Shown: positions 58,342-64,000 of the stretch, one piece after another | Numbering within the stretch: position 1 is the stretch's first letter | Layout of the letters: every line of letters begins with the position of its first letter | Assembly (NCBI RefSeq): GCF_009914755.1 | Contig: NC_060927.1 | Length of the DNA: 64,000 nucleotides | Origin: the human T2T-CHM13v2.0 reference genome, Homo sapiens | Direction: 5' to 3' (one strand) | The notes under the pieces: generated by a model | The model's database searches: none | Seen by the model: only the letters and a program-made list of their open reading frames with translations | Told to the model about the DNA's origin: nothing | Translations under genes and position numbers: made by a program

Positions 58342-58735
58342 TGATATGGTTTGTATCTGTGTCCACATCCAAATCTCATGTTGAATTACAATCCCCAATG
58401 TTGGAGGTGGGGCCTAGTGGAAGGTGATTGGATCATGGGGGCAGTTTACAAAGGATTAGCACCAACCTACTAGTGCTGAACTTATGACAGAGTTCTCACG
58501 AGATCTGGCTGTTTAGAAATGTGTAGCTCCTCCCCCTTCTCTCCCTTCCTCCTGGTCTGGCCATGTAAATGTGCCTGCTTCCGCTTCACCTTGTGCTATG
58601 ATTGAAAGTTTCCTGACACACCTCCAGAAGCCATCATGCTTCCTGTACAGCCTGTGGAAGAGTGAGCCAATTAAATTTGTTTTCTTTATAAATTGCCCAG
58701 TCTTCTTTATAGCAGTGAGAGAGTGGACTAATACA
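58342..58735 (+). mobile_element. MSTA MaLR solo LTR
   Basis: tgatatggtttgtatctgtgtcc...gtggactaataca; near-TSD agact/agaca. Confidence 0.9.
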
Positions 58736-58965
58736 AGACACCAAAGAACCACAGGGTATCACTGAAACCTTTTCAAACAAGTGGAAAAAAAAAACACTTA
58801 AAGTTTATGCCCAACACAAGTCTTTCACAAAACTTCCAGGTGATGAAAATTAATCTTGTTTGTTTCTTGTATTTATCATCTTCTTGAGGACCAGATTTAA
58901 TTTCCACAGAATGAAATCTGGGGAAATTAACTCCCCAGATTTTTGCCCCCTCATTAGACATACTT

Positions 58966-58978
58966 AGCTGAGTCAGCA
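58966..58978. promoter_or_regulatory. T-MARE/ARE motif (MAF/NFE2/NRF2/BACH)
   Basis: agctgagtcagca matches TGCTGAGTCAGCA at 12 of 13 positions. Confidence 0.4.
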
Positions 58979-60024
58979 CTCCACTCATATATAAATAGCA
59001 AAAACAACACATGACAGATAGCACATTTCTTTCTCTCAGGCTCTTCTTGCCTTCTACAGAAAATCTTTCACTGTCCACTACACTATCAGAAAATAATAAA
59101 GGAGGGACTATCTCCCCACTAGGATCCTCCTCCCAACCTCTACTTCATCAGGTAAGGATCTTATTTTCCAACTCAAGGGAGCATATTCCACTGGCCACAT
59201 TTCAAACCTGGGTGCTAATATTAGGAAACTGAACATTTAGAGCACTGCTTGTGTTACTTTTATAGGGTCAACCTATATTCTTAATAAGCAATATATTGTT
59301 GTCTGTCTCAAAGGATAGAGCACTGGGAATAAAGAGCAAGCATCAGTGAATGAACTCAGCAGCCACAAACAAATTACCAGAGATGTGTACCTTCCTGAGA
59401 AGCAGAGAATTATAGAGGCAATGTTGCATGATGGGATATGTAAATACAGCCTTGGAAGATCATGTGTGGATGGAAACCAATTAAGTAAAGCACTTAGGAA
59501 AATTGCTTTCTACTGTCTGAATAAGAATTTATCATGAGACACAGTTTTTTAAGTGAAAAACGTATATGTAAACCTGGACTAAGTGTTTTGTCCAAGGTGA
59601 CACAATAAGGCAGGCAATAGAGATAAAAATAGAATGCTTGAAACCAGCCTCCTGATCTAATCACCAAACACTTTGCAAGTTTATCTCTGAAGAGGACCTA
59701 ATGCAAAGTAGAACCTTTAGAGTGAGAGGTCAGCATAAGGATTGCAGCAGCCAACTGGGCAGCAATAGAAATGGAATTGATTGCTTCCCTAAAAAATGAT
59801 GAAATGTTATCAATAACTACACAGCAAAAGAAAAAAATGCAGCGATATGCATCATGAAGGAGAAAGCATTTTCTCCACTAAAATAGCTTTTGTTAATCAT
59901 TACCAGTCATTAAAGAACACAAGGTTTCAGATCTTCCTTAATCCAGGCATTCTGCTTGAAGTTATAAACAAATAATTTCATTATGTCTTTGTCTATTTAA
60001 AAAAACATATTTTGGTATGATTTC

Positions 60025-60380
60025 TCTCACTCATTCAAAGTTTTACAGAGCATCTGCTAAATATCAAGTCCTGTGAAGGGTATATAAAAATGGAGGGGGC
60101 ATATTTCCACCTTTCAAGGAACTCAGGTTCTGTTGTACATGGATGCTTAGATAATATTTGTGGACACAAAGTGGTAAGTGCTCTAAAAGAAATAAGGTTA
60201 AAGTCCTGTGGGAATACAACAGGGGCAGAAAGAAAGCGAGATTAAGAAAGAAAGATATAGAAGTTCCGCAATGGTGGAGTTAAATCAAGCCACGGGAGTT
60301 GATGACTTTGCAGGTGGATACAGGGGAATATCATAGAAGAGAATAGAATTCTGGGCAAAAGAAATAATTTAAGCAAAAGC
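60025..60380 (-). mobile_element. L2 3' end
   Basis: cactcattcaaagttttacagagcatctgct...tttcaaggaactcagg. Confidence 0.55.
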
Positions 60381-61083
60381 TCTGCTACTTTATTTAGCAG
60401 ATTTCCCTTTTCAGACATTTATTTCTCACCTCAACCCAAGCTTTATTCCCCATTGGCTGTTTTAAGTTTCTTAATCTTGATGATTTTCAGTTTCCTGTCT
60501 TATAGGATGGTGATTTCTAATATTGTTGTCCTGAGGATTAAATGAGATATTCCTTTCAAGGACTTCAATAGAAATAAAACAAACATTAGATGGATTAGGT
60601 AATGATTCCCTGAGAAGGATGCATTCAATTAGTTAGTCATTGCAAAACAAGAAATGAGTAAACCAGCTTTAACTAGCAAGAGCTGCAAAGTGGCAGACCC
60701 CAAGGAGATGGGAAGCAAGTAGATATATTTTGATGTGAAGAAAAATCGGCAGTGTCACAGTGGAGAATACTTGAGGGGCAACAGAATATCAGATGAGCAA
60801 AATACTCAGAAAAAAATCACCTACAACATAGTTCTGACTGGTGGAACACCCCAAGAGACTGTAATTAGGGTATCATCTATTGGCTTAGAAGGAATGCTTC
60901 AAAAGTCCATCACATAATCAATATGGACAGGATGGTTAGGGCTACAGGGATGATGATAAGACATGAACTATTTCTTCCTGGGAATATTCCCCCTCACCCC
61001 CACTACCTAAAGGTACCCAGAGAAACTTATAAACAATTTATGAATAAGATGGTGGAAGGGGGAATACAAATTAAAAATCACCC

Positions 61084-61385
<302 letters not shown>

Positions 61386-61438
61386 TCACCACACACTTAG
61401 GTGTTATTAAAAATTCATTTTACTGGAAAAGGCATTTT

Positions 61439-61728
61439 GTTGTTGTTGTTTTTAAGACAGAGTCTCACTCTGTCATCCACACTGGAGTGCAGTGGCATGA
61501 TCTCGGCTCACTGCAACCTCTGCCTCATGGGTTCAAGCTACTGTCTTTCCTCAACCTCTCGAATGACTGGGATTACAGGCGCATGCCACAATGCCCAGCT
61601 AATTTTTTGTATTTTTTAGTAGAGATGGGTTTCACCATGTTGGCTAGGCTGGTCTTGAACTACTGACCTCAAATTATCCATCCACCTCAGCCTCCCAAAG
61701 TGCTGGGATTGCAGGCGTGAACCCGGCC
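61439..61728 (-). mobile_element. AluS (Sz/Sx-like)
   Basis: Dimer with a (ttg)n tail; TSD ctggaaaaggcatttt (61423-61438, 61728-61743). Confidence 0.94.
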
Positions 61729-62353
61729 TGGAAAAGGCATTTTACGTTGTGAGCAGGTACTCTTCCTAAGAATTACTGTGAGTGTAAGTGTGTTTGTGGT
61801 GAGGAGGGGTTGCACAGGATGCATATAAGAAGTATCTAAATGTAACCTGTATTTGTTACTTCAGACTCAATGATATAGTATGAAGAATAATTATGACGGA
61901 ATCACCCATTGAAAAGTGACACAGATGCCCATGCTGTCTTGGGAAGGAAGAGAAAGTGGGAACAAAAATGATTTCTTACTACATGAATTGCTTTATAAAG
62001 AGGAGCCCGGAGAAAATGTGGGAAAAGGTTTTTTTCCAAACGCAATCTTCTCTCTGTATTTTAACCTAGATTAATTTTACACATACAAAAAATGATTCTA
62101 TTTCTGCATGGTCTTATTATATCTAAATTATTCTGGAAGGTTCAGTGCTCTGAGGCGGGGACAGATTTTGTATTTTTTTTTTTTTTTTTTTGGTTAGTAG
62201 CATGGAATAATATTAGTAGCATGGAATAATATTGTCACTTCCACAAAGTGACAGTCATAAAATACTTCCCATATATACACTGTACCTAATATTTAACAAA
62301 AACTACATCAACAAAAACCCTAAGACAAATACAAATCTACCTTAATACATTAT

Positions 62354-63129
62354 TGATATGCTTTGGCTATGTCGCCACCCAAATTTCATCTTGAATTGTA
62401 GTTCTCATAATCCCAATGTGTCGTGGGAGGGACCTGGTAGGAGGTAATTTAATCATGGGTTTAGTTACCCTCATGCTATTCTCATGATGGTGAGTTGGTT
62501 CTCATAAGGACTGATGGTTTTATAAGGGGCTTTTCCCCCTTTTGCTTGGCACTTCTCTTTGTTGCCGCCATGTGAAGAAGGATGCGTTCGCTTCCCCTTC
62601 CACCATGATTGTAAGTTTTCTGAGGCCTCCCCAGCTCTGCAGAACTGTGAGTCAATTAAACCCCTTTCCTTTATAAATGGCACATATACATCATGGAATA
62701 CTATGCAGCCATAAAAATGATGAGTTCATGTCCTTTGCAGGGACATGGATGAAGCTAGAAACCATCATTCTCAGCAAACTATCGCAAGGACAAAAAACCA
62801 AACACCGCATGTTCTCACTCATAGGTGGGAATTGAACAATGAGAACACATGGACACAGGAAAGGGAACATCACACACTGGGGCCTGTTGTGGGGTGGGGG
62901 GAGGAGGGAGGGATAGCATTAGGAGATATACCTAATGTTAAATGACGAGTTACTGGGTGCAGCACACCAACATGGCACATGTATACATATATAACTAACC
63001 TGCACATTGTGCACATGTACCCTAAAACTTAAAGTATAATAAAAAAATAAAAAAATAAAATAAAAATAAAAAATAAATTACCCAGTCTCAGGCATGTCTT
63101 TATTAGCAGCATGAGAATGGACTAATACA
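62354..63129 (+). mobile_element. THE1 solo LTR (THE1C/D-like) interrupted by L1
   Basis: tgatatgctttggc...ctttataaat|tacccagtctcagg...ggactaataca; perfect TSD attat (62349-62353, 63130-63134). Confidence 0.93.
62679..63072 (+). mobile_element. L1PA4-like 3' end nested in THE1
   Basis: L1 ORF2 end, 3'UTR and A-rich tail; TSD ataaat (62673-62678, 63073-63078). Confidence 0.94.
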
Positions 63130-63249
63130 ATTATCTAAACCAAAACCTTAGCATAAGGAAAATTATTACTATCCAAATTTTAAAATTGAATAAGATTAAA
63201 GGGAGAGCTTAGCACATGTAGAAAAACAAACTCTTGGAGTGTTAATACG

Positions 63250-63480
63250 GGGGAGTAGTTAATAGTGAAGAGTGTGACATCACGTAGACTTGAGCTGTCC
63301 TTTACATTCTGACTCTTACTAGCTATGTGATCTTGTCAAGTCGCTTAATCTAAGACTGTTTCCTCATCCGTAAAATAAAGATAATATTACAGAACTCAGA
63401 GAGTTGATGAAAGGAAACAATTCATAAAAAAGTACTTGGCATATGATAAAGCCCTGATAAATGCTATTTATTATCATTGT
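63250..63480 (+). mobile_element. MIR
   Basis: cttactagctatgtgatcttgtcaagtcgcttaa...gtttcctcatccgtaaaat. Confidence 0.72.
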
Positions 63481-64000
63481 CATTTATATTAGATAGCATT
63501 TTCAAGTCATAAAGCAAGCACGTGACAGAGCTGGAACTTAAACCAGGACCTTCTGCCTCCACATCCATGGCTCTTTACATTTTCTACGCTAGTACCGATA
63601 ATTTTCCCAGAAAAAAAAATTGTATCAGCGAAGAGAAACTTCCCTTTATTTATTAATTTATTAAAGTATCACATTAATAGTAAAGGGAGTCTTGAGCCCC
63701 ATGAAACCTTAGAAAACGTGAGAATGGAGCCTTCATAGACTTTGAGAATAGATCTATATGGTACAGGAAGGAATACTCCCTCTCTCCATGTTCAATGACA
63801 AATAAGGTAAATTTGGTAGCATGTGGTGAAGCTTCATGGACCACATCAAGTTCATTTCATTTGTGAATCAACTAAAAGTAAGAGCTGTGTGTTTGCCAGT
63901 CCCTTTGCCGATGGCAGTGTGAGCACCTGTCACCACAAGGTCAACAGTGGTGCTCTGACAGTGTCAGCACCCTGTAATATGAGGCATAGGGACTGGCTGG

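Overview
This window is AT-rich, non-coding primate (human-like) genomic DNA, either intergenic or deep intronic. I cannot name the locus from sequence alone. No protein-coding exon is supportable: the ORF track consists of chance ORFs, Alu/LTR-derived ORFs and disrupted L1 ORF2p C-terminal fragments. The window is a mosaic of transposon relics: 7 Alus, 4 clear L1 3' ends, THE1/MST/MLT1 and ERV solo LTRs, hAT and Tigger DNA elements, and MIR/L2/CR1 fragments. Subfamily names come from recalled consensus sequences and need RepeatMasker/Dfam confirmation. Structures not explained by ordinary repeat insertion are: two local inverted duplications (9820-9968 vs 10944-11085, and 39971-40127 vs 40810-40966) with similar geometry; a U6 snRNA-L1 chimeric retrocopy; two candidate L1 3' transductions; a tail-less AluY; a close inverted Alu pair; several short tandem duplications and hairpins; and strong CTCF and MARE motifs. 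I see no convincing evidence of a new multi-gene system. The interesting signal here is structural and evolutionary.
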